This document shows, one piece after another, positions 38,801-47,409 of a DNA stretch of 64,000 bases. The stretch's first letter is position 1, and the number at the start of each line of letters is the position of its first letter. Under the pieces are notes generated by a model. It did not search any database, had not been told where the DNA came from, and saw nothing but the letters and a program-made list of their open reading frames with translations. The DNA lies in assembly GCA_965216565.1 (NCBI GenBank), contig OZ244170.1, forward strand, positions 128,001 to 192,000, written 5' to 3'. The position numbers and the translations under genes are program-made. The stretch is from Bythopirellula sp. (GTDB lineage: Bacteria; Planctomycetota; Planctomycetia; Pirellulales; Lacipirellulaceae).

Positions 38801-40835
38801 GACGATGGTGGACAACACTTACACGGCTGTCGATTTAGACAACGACGATCTACCCGACCGCGAAGCCGGTGGGGGAGTGCTCTACCAGGAAGACGGAACG
38901 TTAACGATCGAAGACTCAAACTTTATAGGGAATTCCACAACGGCCTTCCTAACAGTGCTTGAACCTGGTGGCGGAGCTATCTATGCCAAGGATGCTGAAG
39001 TAGTGATCAACAATACGTTGATGTCTGGTAACACTACCGGGGCTTTGGGAGGAAACGGCGGCGCAATCTTTATCGAAGGTGGAACATTAACTGCCACTAA
39101 TCTCTACATCACCGGCGGTGCAGCTTCAGCAGCCACAGCCCAGGGCGGTGGACTCTATGCTAAAAATAGCACGGTGATGCTCACTAATGCCATTATCAGT
39201 GGCAACTTTACTAGCGGCTCAAACTCCGGTGGTGGGGCCATCGCTGGCAAAGACAGTGATATCACCTTGACGAGTCCTGCACTGTCGTTCAATACCACGA
39301 CTGGATCGCAGTCGAATGGCGGGGCCGTGCATGTGGAAGGCGGTAGCCTGACCATTACAGATGGCACGTTGCTGTTGAACGAAACGCGGGGGCATACTTC
39401 CTCCGGTGGCGCGATTGCCAGCCTGAATGCCGATGTGGTGATCGAACGGACCTCGATCGATCAGAACAATGTAACAGGCGACAATTCCCATGGAGGTGGG
39501 GTTCATGCGGAAGGTGGAACTTTGGAGATTCGCGATTCCACGATTTCCAATAGCATTGCCAGTGGAGACGACTCCAAGGGTGGTGGGCTCTTTACCGATA
39601 TGGGTCCAATCGGATCTCAAGGTGCTCTGCTGATCAATTCGACGGTTTCCGGTAATACGGCGGATGACCAAGGTGGTGGAATCTACAATGCCGGTGGACT
39701 GTTGCAGATTCAGTTCAGCACCATTACCAACAGTAGCGTGCCGTTCTACGGCGATGGCCCCGGCGTGGCGAGTTTTGCCGATGCGGCAACCACGACCACC
39801 GAAGTGCTTTCTTCGATCATTGCTGGCAATACAACGACGGCACCTGAGAATCCTCCCGGTCAGCCGAACCCGGATAGTGATGTCGATCTCGTCGGCGGCG
39901 GATTCACCAACTCCTTTGCATCATTAGGCTTCAATGTGGTGGGATCGGGGGAAGCAATTGGTGCGTTCACAGGCACTGGCGATCAAACGGGCATTGTCGA
40001 TCCCGGTTTGGCAGACTTGGGCTTCAACGGTGGCCCGACGCAGACACACGAGTTGACGGCAGGGAGTGTCGCCCTCAATGCCGGTGATCAGTCTGCAATG
40101 GCTGGAGTCAACGGTGTACCCGATAACGACCAGCGTGGTATGGGGAATAATCGAGTCTTCGGTTCAGCAATCGATGTCGGTGCGTTTGAGTCAACAATGG
40201 TAGTCGAATCTGCCACTCTGACGGCGCCGGAAGATATCGACGAGGACGGGATGGTTTCCGGGCTCGACTTCCTACTGATCCAAATGGGCCTTGGCACCCC
40301 AAATGCTACCAAGGCCGATGGCGATACCAATAACGACCAGATGGTCGACAGCGTGGACATCGCGAACTGGAATTCGGGCTATGGCACCGTCAGCAATAGC
40401 GCGGCCCTGGGGGCAAGCTCGACTCCTGCGATTGCTGCAGCAATCATATCGCCGGAGCCCGAAAGTGCATCCTTAGCAGCAAGCAGTGAACCGGTTGTGG
40501 CTAGCAGCTCGATTTCCCAATCGGCGGTTTCTTCTCAAGTAGCTTCGCCAAGCGCGAACCAAGCCGAGGGCACCAATGTCTTCATCACCAGCTTACGTTT
40601 CACAACGCCAGATGTGGTCTGGAATGATCCGTTTGGTGGCGGAGTGAGGGAGGCAGTGCTCGAACAGTTTGGCCAAGCCTTGAACACGTCGCCACGGGAA
40701 TTGATTGGCCCGTTTGCTTCGGGATTTGGGGACATCACCGCGGATCTCTTTGATCTATTCGAAGAAGACGAAGCGGACCAAGAATTTCGAGAAGAAGACG
40801 TGGTATTTGAAGAGCTTGGGGAAGCGGTCGTTTGA
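35829..40835 (+). CDS. Large secreted beta-helix adhesin-like protein (CSLREA, GGAI repeats, choice-of-anchor-Q-like, dockerin-like)
   Basis: Leader LRLEELEDRRMLA; GSLRQA and FSLREA; many GGA(I/V) repeats; three GGxT/P...DxRG...DIGAxE-type modules; EDIDEDGMVSGLDFL. Confidence 0.85.
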   Translation: MAKGKRRRGRRAPNRSNGTFSLSSRKRSSTADSFHSRPLRLEELEDRRMLAVFVVNNFGDLNGDQTVVVGSLRQAVQESNAEEGRDQIIFADYLFDGGIAGSIGLDGRDAGGELVLSDVAGVDIIGPGPGLLTIFAGGNNRIFAVDDGSDTVISSHTISGVTLSGGSPDAEDRDGQGGAVFSVENLTLTEVDVDGNFAPNGGGGVFVSSGFTTIDRSLIRNNTSQTSGGGVQNGVIDQDDNLPTVTIQNTTLTGNTAIGIPVDDTPTGYGGGVFSAAGTANIEQSTIYGNQAANYGGGSATQGFDPETDDMGMATVSAGLAYTNIRSSIIVGNTAMGVPDDVGSAGMTEADDMTPAMPFEPQINSEGFNLFGVLSHPPMSANPNILLPPQGSDATGVDPSTVFIDDPTILPPAPAEAWLNDFGGVLPVFMPDLNKAGGQMAIDMGDDMNVQGALDNRGFGFSRVADLAGGMMPVMDIGAAEVQAGIFEVNTLVDESDGRFADVVVSDGFFPINFTSFVPDFSLREALEFALKNQDALDGQVNTITFSTNLTNEVDPTLSSPEPTILLTQGSLDVLFPVIIEGPTLFGLEIDATGNDPTPGIDNADGSRVFNIFETVEINNLIIRGGDQQEFGGAISTFGDLTLTNVTIKDNFTSGKGAGIYVASGTLLIESSTIHDNEAASSGGGVFLYDGDVTISNSTISGNDAGLHGGGLANEYGNLDIRYSTVTLNTASSTLGSGLASYRNGYAATTVRSSIISGNTVNDVQHIQFGADSIVSLGYNLVGTGNAVVGGVFSASGDQTFTDAMLAPLARLGGPTPVHRLLPGSPAIDAGDLNNAGLGNVPDNDQRGFPFDRIEPIKDENGNVIDPGQIDIGSYEKQDDVLLVGDGSPTEGSFTTFFDALTESNLTPEDESIVFLPTWAGETFPGNLSITDSVEVLGLLGFRFFGSGISGLEILIDDGDAENLLDVSFDSLRFDTNVRFVSKENLTLTNMTMVDNTYTAVDLDNDDLPDREAGGGVLYQEDGTLTIEDSNFIGNSTTAFLTVLEPGGGAIYAKDAEVVINNTLMSGNTTGALGGNGGAIFIEGGTLTATNLYITGGAASAATAQGGGLYAKNSTVMLTNAIISGNFTSGSNSGGGAIAGKDSDITLTSPALSFNTTTGSQSNGGAVHVEGGSLTITDGTLLLNETRGHTSSGGAIASLNADVVIERTSIDQNNVTGDNSHGGGVHAEGGTLEIRDSTISNSIASGDDSKGGGLFTDMGPIGSQGALLINSTVSGNTADDQGGGIYNAGGLLQIQFSTITNSSVPFYGDGPGVASFADAATTTTEVLSSIIAGNTTTAPENPPGQPNPDSDVDLVGGGFTNSFASLGFNVVGSGEAIGAFTGTGDQTGIVDPGLADLGFNGGPTQTHELTAGSVALNAGDQSAMAGVNGVPDNDQRGMGNNRVFGSAIDVGAFESTMVVESATLTAPEDIDEDGMVSGLDFLLIQMGLGTPNATKADGDTNNDQMVDSVDIANWNSGYGTVSNSAALGASSTPAIAAAIISPEPESASLAASSEPVVASSSISQSAVSSQVASPSANQAEGTNVFITSLRFTTPDVVWNDPFGGGVREAVLEQFGQALNTSPRELIGPFASGFGDITADLFDLFEEDEADQEFREEDVVFEELGEAVV

Positions 40836-41118
40836 GTTGCTCAGCTAACTCAGGCGACAGGCTGGTAGGAGCCCGTGAAGGTTCTCCTCAGATTCGCAAT
40901 CGGCCGCTAGACTTCGAAAGAAGTATTGCCAGTATTTTCTCGCTAGTACTGTCTTTCCCGATAGGGCGGTTACGCCTCCCATATTTAGAGGGGGCAAACC
41001 GGGGTTCCCTAGTACAAATTTGCTTAGGTAGACTATTGGCAGCCCTTCATTGATTAGGGCGGCTGACGTAGGCTTACGTTAGGCATTCCAACTAACTTTC
41101 AGGAGTATCAATCCACTA

Positions 41119-42483
41119 GTGTCTTCGATCGACCGTAAGCCAGGAATGGAAAGTGAATCGGCTGTGCTGGTCGGTGTCCAGCTGTCGGGTTCCCTGGCAC
41201 CCGAGGAAGCCTCACATACTGAAATCCTGGAAGAGCTTTCCGGATTAGTGGAAACGGCAGGCGCGGAGGTTGTCGCGCGGTTAACTCAAAAACGCGAAGC
41301 TCCCGACAAGACCACCTACATTGGCCAAGGTAAGGTCGAACAGCTCAAAGATCTAGTAAGTGCCACAGAGGCAGATATTGTTGTTTTCGACAACGACTTA
41401 TCCCCCGCACAGACACGCAATCTGGAACAGGCCATCGAAGTTAAGGTTCTCGATCGCTCAGAAGTGATTCTGGACATCTTCTCCTCACGGGCGCAGACGC
41501 ACGAGTCGCGACTTGCGGTGGAGCTTGCCCAGCTGGAGTACTCGCTACCGCGACTCAAGCGGATGTGGACTCACTTGTCGCGTTTGAAGATGGGCGTCGG
41601 CATGCGTGGCCCGGGTGAAAAGCAGTTGGAGACCGACCGTCGGTTAGTTGAGAAACGCATTAGCGATTTGCGTCGCGATTTGCAGAAGATCGAGAAACGC
41701 AAAGAACGCGAAGTGGCCGCCCGCAAAGATCGCATGACGGTCTCGCTAGTGGGTTACACGAATGCAGGCAAAAGTACCTTGATGAACCAGCTGACTGAGT
41801 CCAAGGTGTTGGCCGAAGACAAGCTGTTCGCCACACTCGATACCTGCACTCGCCGCTGGCATCTGCCGGGCTGGGGGCCTGTGTTATTGAGCGATACGGT
41901 CGGATTCATCCGCAACTTGCCTCACCATTTGATCGCGAGCTTCAAAGCTACTTTGGAAGAAGCACGGCAGGCCGATCTGTTGATTCACGTGGCTGACGCC
42001 AGCAATCCTGCAGCACTAGATCAGATTGTTGCCGTGTACCAGGTTCTCGAAGAGTTGGGAATCGAAGAGAAAGACACGATCCTTGCGCTAAACAAGATCG
42101 ATCAAGTGGCCGACCCGCTACAACTAGAATCGATTCTGTACCGCTATCCCAACGCCGTCAGCGTGAGTGCTCATACGGGAGAGGGATTGTCCCGTCTGTC
42201 GAATCGCGTGAGCGAAGCGCTCAGCACGGACTTTCTGGATTTGGAAGTGGAGTTCGACGCGGGGAACGGACGGATGCTGGCCTATCTTTCTGAGTTTGGC
42301 GAAGTGCTAAGTCGAACTTTTGCCGAAGAGCGGGTGACGGTTCATTGTCGTATCTCGCAGAAGTACATCGGTCGGTTGCGTGAGGATGACCAATTGAAAA
42401 TGCGTCCTTATAAGGGTGGCGACGCGGTGGACGAACCGTCCTCGGACTCCGAAGACTCTTCCCCTGTGGACGAGGTCGCGTGA
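41119..42483 (+). CDS. hflX: GTPase HflX
   Basis: RGPGEKQLETDRR, VGYTNAGKST, KLFATLD, SDTVGFI, NKID. Confidence 0.96.
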   Translation: MSSIDRKPGMESESAVLVGVQLSGSLAPEEASHTEILEELSGLVETAGAEVVARLTQKREAPDKTTYIGQGKVEQLKDLVSATEADIVVFDNDLSPAQTRNLEQAIEVKVLDRSEVILDIFSSRAQTHESRLAVELAQLEYSLPRLKRMWTHLSRLKMGVGMRGPGEKQLETDRRLVEKRISDLRRDLQKIEKRKEREVAARKDRMTVSLVGYTNAGKSTLMNQLTESKVLAEDKLFATLDTCTRRWHLPGWGPVLLSDTVGFIRNLPHHLIASFKATLEEARQADLLIHVADASNPAALDQIVAVYQVLEELGIEEKDTILALNKIDQVADPLQLESILYRYPNAVSVSAHTGEGLSRLSNRVSEALSTDFLDLEVEFDAGNGRMLAYLSEFGEVLSRTFAEERVTVHCRISQKYIGRLREDDQLKMRPYKGGDAVDEPSSDSEDSSPVDEVA

Positions 42484-42489
42484 CACTAG

Positions 42490-43281
42490 GTGCCCAGCGA
42501 ACGGAATATCGATGGACGTCGCGTTGTAATTACCGGGGCATCAAGCGGAGTAGGGCGTGCTTTGGCTCATGAGCTAGCCGCGTTTCAGACTCATCTCCTA
42601 TTGGTAGCACGTCGCGAACAGCCACTGGCTGAGCTCTCTGCAGAACTTTTAGAATTGGGCGCCAAGAGTGTGTCCAAAGTTGTCGGTGACATCACCCATG
42701 CGGAAATCCGCACGGAGGTGGCCGAGCGGGTGGCAGCCGAGTGGCAGACGCTCGACATCTTGGTCAACAACGCCGGGACGAGTTCGCATGGACGGTTTAC
42801 CTCGAGCGACGAGGCCGCCTTGCGGGGAGTGATGGAGATCAACTTCTTTGCGGCCACTGAACTTACACGCTTGCTGTTACCGATGCTGCACAGCAGTTCC
42901 GATTCGGTGCTGGTAAATGTAGGCTCGATCCTGGGCCATCGGGGCGTGCCGTACAACAGCGAGTATTCTGCCAGCAAGTTTGCACTGCGCGGCTGGAGCG
43001 AAGCGCTCCGCGCCGAAGCGAGTCGCGATGGGGTAGACGTACTACTAGTGAGCCCGGGGACGATCGACACAGAGTTTTTCGATCATCTGCTGGCCCAACA
43101 CGAGCCGACCCCTTGGCCCCCGCAAAAAGGAATTTCACCGCAGAAGACGGCAGAACAAATCGTTCGAGCGATTAAGAAGCGGCGCCGGGAAATCTATCCC
43201 AACTGGCGAGGCTGGCTATTGGTAAAGCTCAATCGCTGGTTCCCCGGTCTGATTGATCGAGTGATGAAGCGGTATGGGTGA
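42490..43281 (+). CDS. Short-chain dehydrogenase/reductase
   Basis: TGASSGVG, NNAG, YSASK. Confidence 0.93.
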   Translation: MPSERNIDGRRVVITGASSGVGRALAHELAAFQTHLLLVARREQPLAELSAELLELGAKSVSKVVGDITHAEIRTEVAERVAAEWQTLDILVNNAGTSSHGRFTSSDEAALRGVMEINFFAATELTRLLLPMLHSSSDSVLVNVGSILGHRGVPYNSEYSASKFALRGWSEALRAEASRDGVDVLLVSPGTIDTEFFDHLLAQHEPTPWPPQKGISPQKTAEQIVRAIKKRRREIYPNWRGWLLVKLNRWFPGLIDRVMKRYG

Positions 43282-43343
43282 GAATGGACTAGAGACTTTA
43301 TGCTGGAAAGTGCCAGAACTTTCGCTGAGTTTGAAAGCTAGAT

Positions 43344-44033
43344 ATGGATAATATTGTTCCAGTTCAAACGGGCTACGACCGCTGGGCTAAGGTTTACGAC
43401 CACGATGCGAATCCGATGCAGGCATTGGAGGAGTCAGTGGTTGTCGAGCTATTGGGATCTGTAGCGGGTTTGCGGGTGTTAGACCTTGGCTGCGGCACGG
43501 GACGGCACGCGTTGCGAATGGCTGCCGAAGGAGCGTGCGTGACGGCTGTTGATTTCTCTGAAGAGATGCTGGCTGAGGCAAAACGGAAAAGTAATGCCGC
43601 GCAGGTGACTTTTCTAATGCACGATCTCTCCAAGGCTCTTCCCTTGGATACGGAATTCGACCTTGTTGTGTGTGGGCTGGTGCTGGAGCATATCAACAAT
43701 CTGTCGACCTTCTACGGCGAAGTTGCCCGTCTGCTGAAGCCATCAGGACGAGCAATTATCTCGTTCATGCATCCGTCCATGTTTCTCAGAGGGTCGCAAG
43801 CTCGATTTACCGATCCCGATTCTCAAGAATTGTTCCACATTCAGAGTCAATCACACTCAGTAAGCGATGTGGTGATGGCTACCCTCCATGCGGGACTTCA
43901 GATCGAGGAGATTTCTGAGCATTCCCCCGATGCCAAATTTGCAGAGCAATTTCCCAGGGCAGAGAAATACATCGATTGGCCCATGCTCGTCGTCCAGCAC
44001 CTTACGAAAACCGAAGCCGTGGCTGCTCCTTGA
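43344..44033 (+). CDS. Class I SAM-dependent methyltransferase
   Basis: VLDLGCGTG, FDLVV, LLKPSG. Confidence 0.9.
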   Translation: MDNIVPVQTGYDRWAKVYDHDANPMQALEESVVVELLGSVAGLRVLDLGCGTGRHALRMAAEGACVTAVDFSEEMLAEAKRKSNAAQVTFLMHDLSKALPLDTEFDLVVCGLVLEHINNLSTFYGEVARLLKPSGRAIISFMHPSMFLRGSQARFTDPDSQELFHIQSQSHSVSDVVMATLHAGLQIEEISEHSPDAKFAEQFPRAEKYIDWPMLVVQHLTKTEAVAAP

Positions 44034-44123
44034 CCAACTGCTCTTGCTAAACCAATATGTCCAACAGCCGGCACGGAAAAGCCCCTGGAGTTCCTTCTAA
44101 ATATTCCAAGAGAAAGCGAGACA

Positions 44124-44408
44124 ATGGCCAACCTCACTATTGTAGCCGATATTAATGTGAAAGCCGATCAAGTTGATCTGGTGAAAGCTGAGCTCAAGAA
44201 GCTGATCGCTCCCACACTTGCGGAAGAGGGTTGCGTGCAATACGACTTGCATCAGGACAACGACAACCCGGCACACTTCCTGTTTTTCGAGAACTGGACG
44301 TCGCGCGAGCTATGGCAGCAGCACATGAATTCTCAGCATCTAAAAGACTACAAGGCTGCCACCGAGGGTGCGGCTGAGGTGACGATCTACGAGATGACGA
44401 AAGCCTAG
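44124..44408 (+). CDS. ABM-family (putative quinol) monooxygenase
   Basis: EEGCVQYDLHQD, FFENWTS, HMNSQH; 94 aa. Confidence 0.9.
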   Translation: MANLTIVADINVKADQVDLVKAELKKLIAPTLAEEGCVQYDLHQDNDNPAHFLFFENWTSRELWQQHMNSQHLKDYKAATEGAAEVTIYEMTKA

Positions 44409-44430
44409 TGAGCTACAAAGCTCTCACGGA

Positions 44431-45144
44431 ATGACCGAACATCCGCCGCTAGAGATTCTGTACGACGAAGGCCCGTGCCTGGTGGTGAACAAACCGGCCG
44501 GGCTGCTCACGCAGGCGCCGCGTGGGATCGATAGTATAGAGATTTGGGTCAAAGAGTTCTATCGGCATCGTGAAGGTAAAGATCCCGAAGCCAATATCTA
44601 TTTGGGTCTGGCGCATCGCATCGATCGTCCTGTGACGGGGGCACTGGTGTTTGGCAGACATGTGCGGGCTACGCGGAAACTATGCTCGCAATTTCAAAAT
44701 CGAACCGTGTCGAAGGTCTACTGGGCATATGTCGAAGGGCACGTTACGCCCGCAGAGGGCACGTGGACAGATTTTTTGCATAAGCGTCACGGCATGGCCC
44801 AAGCTGAGGTTGTAGAGAAAGATCATCCGGCGGCCAAGCACGCGGTGCTGCACTATCGCGTATTGTGGCATGGGCCTCAGGGCAGTTGGCTGGAGATCGA
44901 ACTAGAGACGGGCCGCACGCATCAGATTCGCGTGCAAAGTGGCTCGCGGGGGCATGCGGTAATGGGCGACGAGCAGTACGGTAGTATGCAGCCTTTCGGA
45001 GTGCAGCACGTTGATGTGCGCGATCGTGGTATTGCGCTCCATGCGCGGCAACTAGGGTTCAATCATCCAATGACCGGTGAGCCCGTCGATGTAGTGGCAC
45101 CACTGCCAGAGTACTGGGATGAACTGAACTTGCCTGGAGTTTAG
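44431..45144 (+). CDS. RluA-family pseudouridine synthase
   Basis: NKPAGL, HRIDRPVTG, TGRTHQIR, LHA. Confidence 0.93.
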   Translation: MTEHPPLEILYDEGPCLVVNKPAGLLTQAPRGIDSIEIWVKEFYRHREGKDPEANIYLGLAHRIDRPVTGALVFGRHVRATRKLCSQFQNRTVSKVYWAYVEGHVTPAEGTWTDFLHKRHGMAQAEVVEKDHPAAKHAVLHYRVLWHGPQGSWLEIELETGRTHQIRVQSGSRGHAVMGDEQYGSMQPFGVQHVDVRDRGIALHARQLGFNHPMTGEPVDVVAPLPEYWDELNLPGV

Positions 45145-45214
45145 TGGTACTTGTAAGGTTTTAATTGCCACAGAGTAACGAGAGGAACTCACAAGAGCAG
45201 CGTTATGCCAGGAG

Positions 45215-45402
45215 TCGAAAAATAGGGACTGGCTCGACGCGCGACAACGGCTTGAAACACTTACTCCCGCAGTGTCGTCGTGCCTGTCCCTTTTTTTCGA
45301 CGGACTATTCGTGGCGCTGGAAATGGGGACAGGCACGCGATTGCGGCTACGCGTAAGCAGCTTCTACGCATGCCTTCGCAATCGCGAGCCAGTCCCCATT
45401 TT
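45215..45402. repeat. Two adjacent REP-type palindromic units (GGGACTGGCTC / GTGCCTGTCCC family)
   Basis: 45215-45300 tcgaaaaatagggactggctcgacg...cgtcgtgcctgtcccttttttcga; 45321-45402 aaatggggacaggcacgcgattgcg...cgcaatcgcgagccagtccccattt; between convergent genes. Confidence 0.85.
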
Positions 45403-45406
45403 ACGT

Positions 45407-47284
45407 TCACTTAGACGTAAGATGTGCCACAGCACAGCAACGGTCACGGCGGCGAGTGGCTAGCATCGCAAAAGCAAACGTGCCTAGCAGGACCGTGGTC
45501 GGTTCGGGAACGAATAGCAGATTGGATGTGGGCGTGGGATTGTTACCCCACACCTCGCCAAAGTCACCGAACAGATCACCAATTCCGCCAAATACATCTC
45601 CGATACCATCGAAGACACTATCGAACCCGAACCGGCCCACGCGAAATACATTGTTGGGGACGTGATCCAGTGAGGTGTTCCAACCGATAATGTCCGACAG
45701 CGTTACATCTTTGATGTCGATAACCGAATCGACCGAACTATTGTTCATCAGTTCGTCGTCGCCGGTGTAGAAATAACGATCGCCGTCACGCAAGTCGGTA
45801 AACTGACCGATAAGAGCAGTGGAGATGAGTTCTCCCATACTGCTTCCAAACAAATGATCCTCGGCCAATCCGCCGACCCAGGCATCAATGTCGTGCACCG
45901 TGCCGTAGAGTTGTCTCAGTTTCTTGCGAGTCTTTCGATCTCGAGTGATCTCGCGGAACGAACTGACGGGATCGAGCCCATAGGCCATACGCATTTCGTT
46001 GTAGCTGGGCAGACCGTGATCGCGACCGCGCTGAATGTTGATTGCCGCGAGATCCATCCCACCAGAGCCGGGCTCGCCGAAGAGGAAATTGCGAACGCCA
46101 TCGCCCAACTTGGCATCAATTTCTTGAGCGACCGTGGTGGAAAGCCCTAGCATGAGCTGATCGATGTGCCGGGTGCTGCCGTCGGCATCGCTGGCGATTA
46201 CCGAGGGATTGAAGAACGAATCGAGCAGCGAAATCGAGTCTGCATCGGCGCCGGGCAAGGCGGGCAGCGTTAGCTCGTCAGGAAGCATGCTATGCCCAAA
46301 CCGGTAGAATGAAGCAGCAAATTCGTTTTTGATGCTGGCATCGATGGTGTCGTCGTAATCGTAGCGACGTGCTTTGAGCTGGCGGGCTCTTCGCTTGCCC
46401 AACAGTGCGGGCAGGAATTCGTTGTAGGTGATTGCCTGCATCTCGGCACCGACGATCTTGCGTGCTGTTTGGTAAAGCTGTTCGTCGTTCCAGGTCGGAT
46501 TGTCGATAGAAAGCAGGTCCGCCAGGCGGTTGTGTTCTCGCACAAACAGGGTGTGCATGGCGAGCAGGCCCGACTGTTCGTTGGCCCGAACGTCGCCGGC
46601 AACGAAAAAGTTGGGAGCAGGACCGCCCGCATTGTCGAGCCCCATCGTGTTGTAGGGCAGCAAACCACCTGCGCTCGTCTTCATGCGGCCCCCATTACCC
46701 GTGTCACGGAGCGCGGCGGCTCGAGTGGCGTCGGAGCCGTAAACGTTCGAAGCATCGATGTAGCTGGTAATGGAGTTCGTTTGTTCGCGCGGATTCGCTG
46801 CACTCGTTCCTGTACCTGCGGCCTGTTGTGATCGCTCGAAGGGGATGAACGGAGTCATCGGGTCGTCGGGAGAGATTGCAATCGGAGCAAAGTCGGCACT
46901 AGCCGAGCTGGTGTGGACGATTGTAATGTCGTGATCGAGGAACTGACCCCATTGCCAAACCATGTTGCTGAGCCGACGCCGATTGGCATAGTAGGAGTCG
47001 CCAGAATCGTAGAGATGATTGCTGATCTCACGGGGATTTGGCGGCATCGTATTGCTGCCGGGTCCACCATAGAACGTGGCACCCGAGCCATCGTTGGGGT
47101 AGTGGGCGTCGGTCACCCGGGGCATCACCGTATGAGCAGCCCCCCAGGTGGAATTGGCAAGATTGTTCCCGCTGCCGTCGATCGTTCGGATGTCGACGAC
47201 CGAGTCTGCCTCGGCACTCTGAACGAGAATGAACAAACTACCAAGCAGTGCATAACTGCAGAACGTCAACGCGCGCGTGACCAT
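45407..47284 (-). CDS. Peroxidase-cyclooxygenase superfamily (animal-type) heme peroxidase with PEP-CTERM anchor
   Basis: RTIDGSGNN, WGQFLDHD, GDVRANEQ, REHNR, YRFGHS, NIQRGRDHG, LRDGDRYFY; VPEPTTVLL...RRRDR tail. Confidence 0.93.
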   Translation of the reverse strand: MVTRALTFCSYALLGSLFILVQSAEADSVVDIRTIDGSGNNLANSTWGAAHTVMPRVTDAHYPNDGSGATFYGGPGSNTMPPNPREISNHLYDSGDSYYANRRRLSNMVWQWGQFLDHDITIVHTSSASADFAPIAISPDDPMTPFIPFERSQQAAGTGTSAANPREQTNSITSYIDASNVYGSDATRAAALRDTGNGGRMKTSAGGLLPYNTMGLDNAGGPAPNFFVAGDVRANEQSGLLAMHTLFVREHNRLADLLSIDNPTWNDEQLYQTARKIVGAEMQAITYNEFLPALLGKRRARQLKARRYDYDDTIDASIKNEFAASFYRFGHSMLPDELTLPALPGADADSISLLDSFFNPSVIASDADGSTRHIDQLMLGLSTTVAQEIDAKLGDGVRNFLFGEPGSGGMDLAAINIQRGRDHGLPSYNEMRMAYGLDPVSSFREITRDRKTRKKLRQLYGTVHDIDAWVGGLAEDHLFGSSMGELISTALIGQFTDLRDGDRYFYTGDDELMNNSSVDSVIDIKDVTLSDIIGWNTSLDHVPNNVFRVGRFGFDSVFDGIGDVFGGIGDLFGDFGEVWGNNPTPTSNLLFVPEPTTVLLGTFAFAMLATRRRDRCCAVAHLTSK

Positions 47285-47409
47285 GTCGCCCACCTCTGAA
47301 ATCAACGGAGATTAATGCATAGGCGACAAAAAGCCGTCGCCCCAAACCCAACTTCAGAATAATGGTGGGCTCGGAGAGCCGCAAGAAATTTACGCCCGCT
47401 TCCTGCAGT

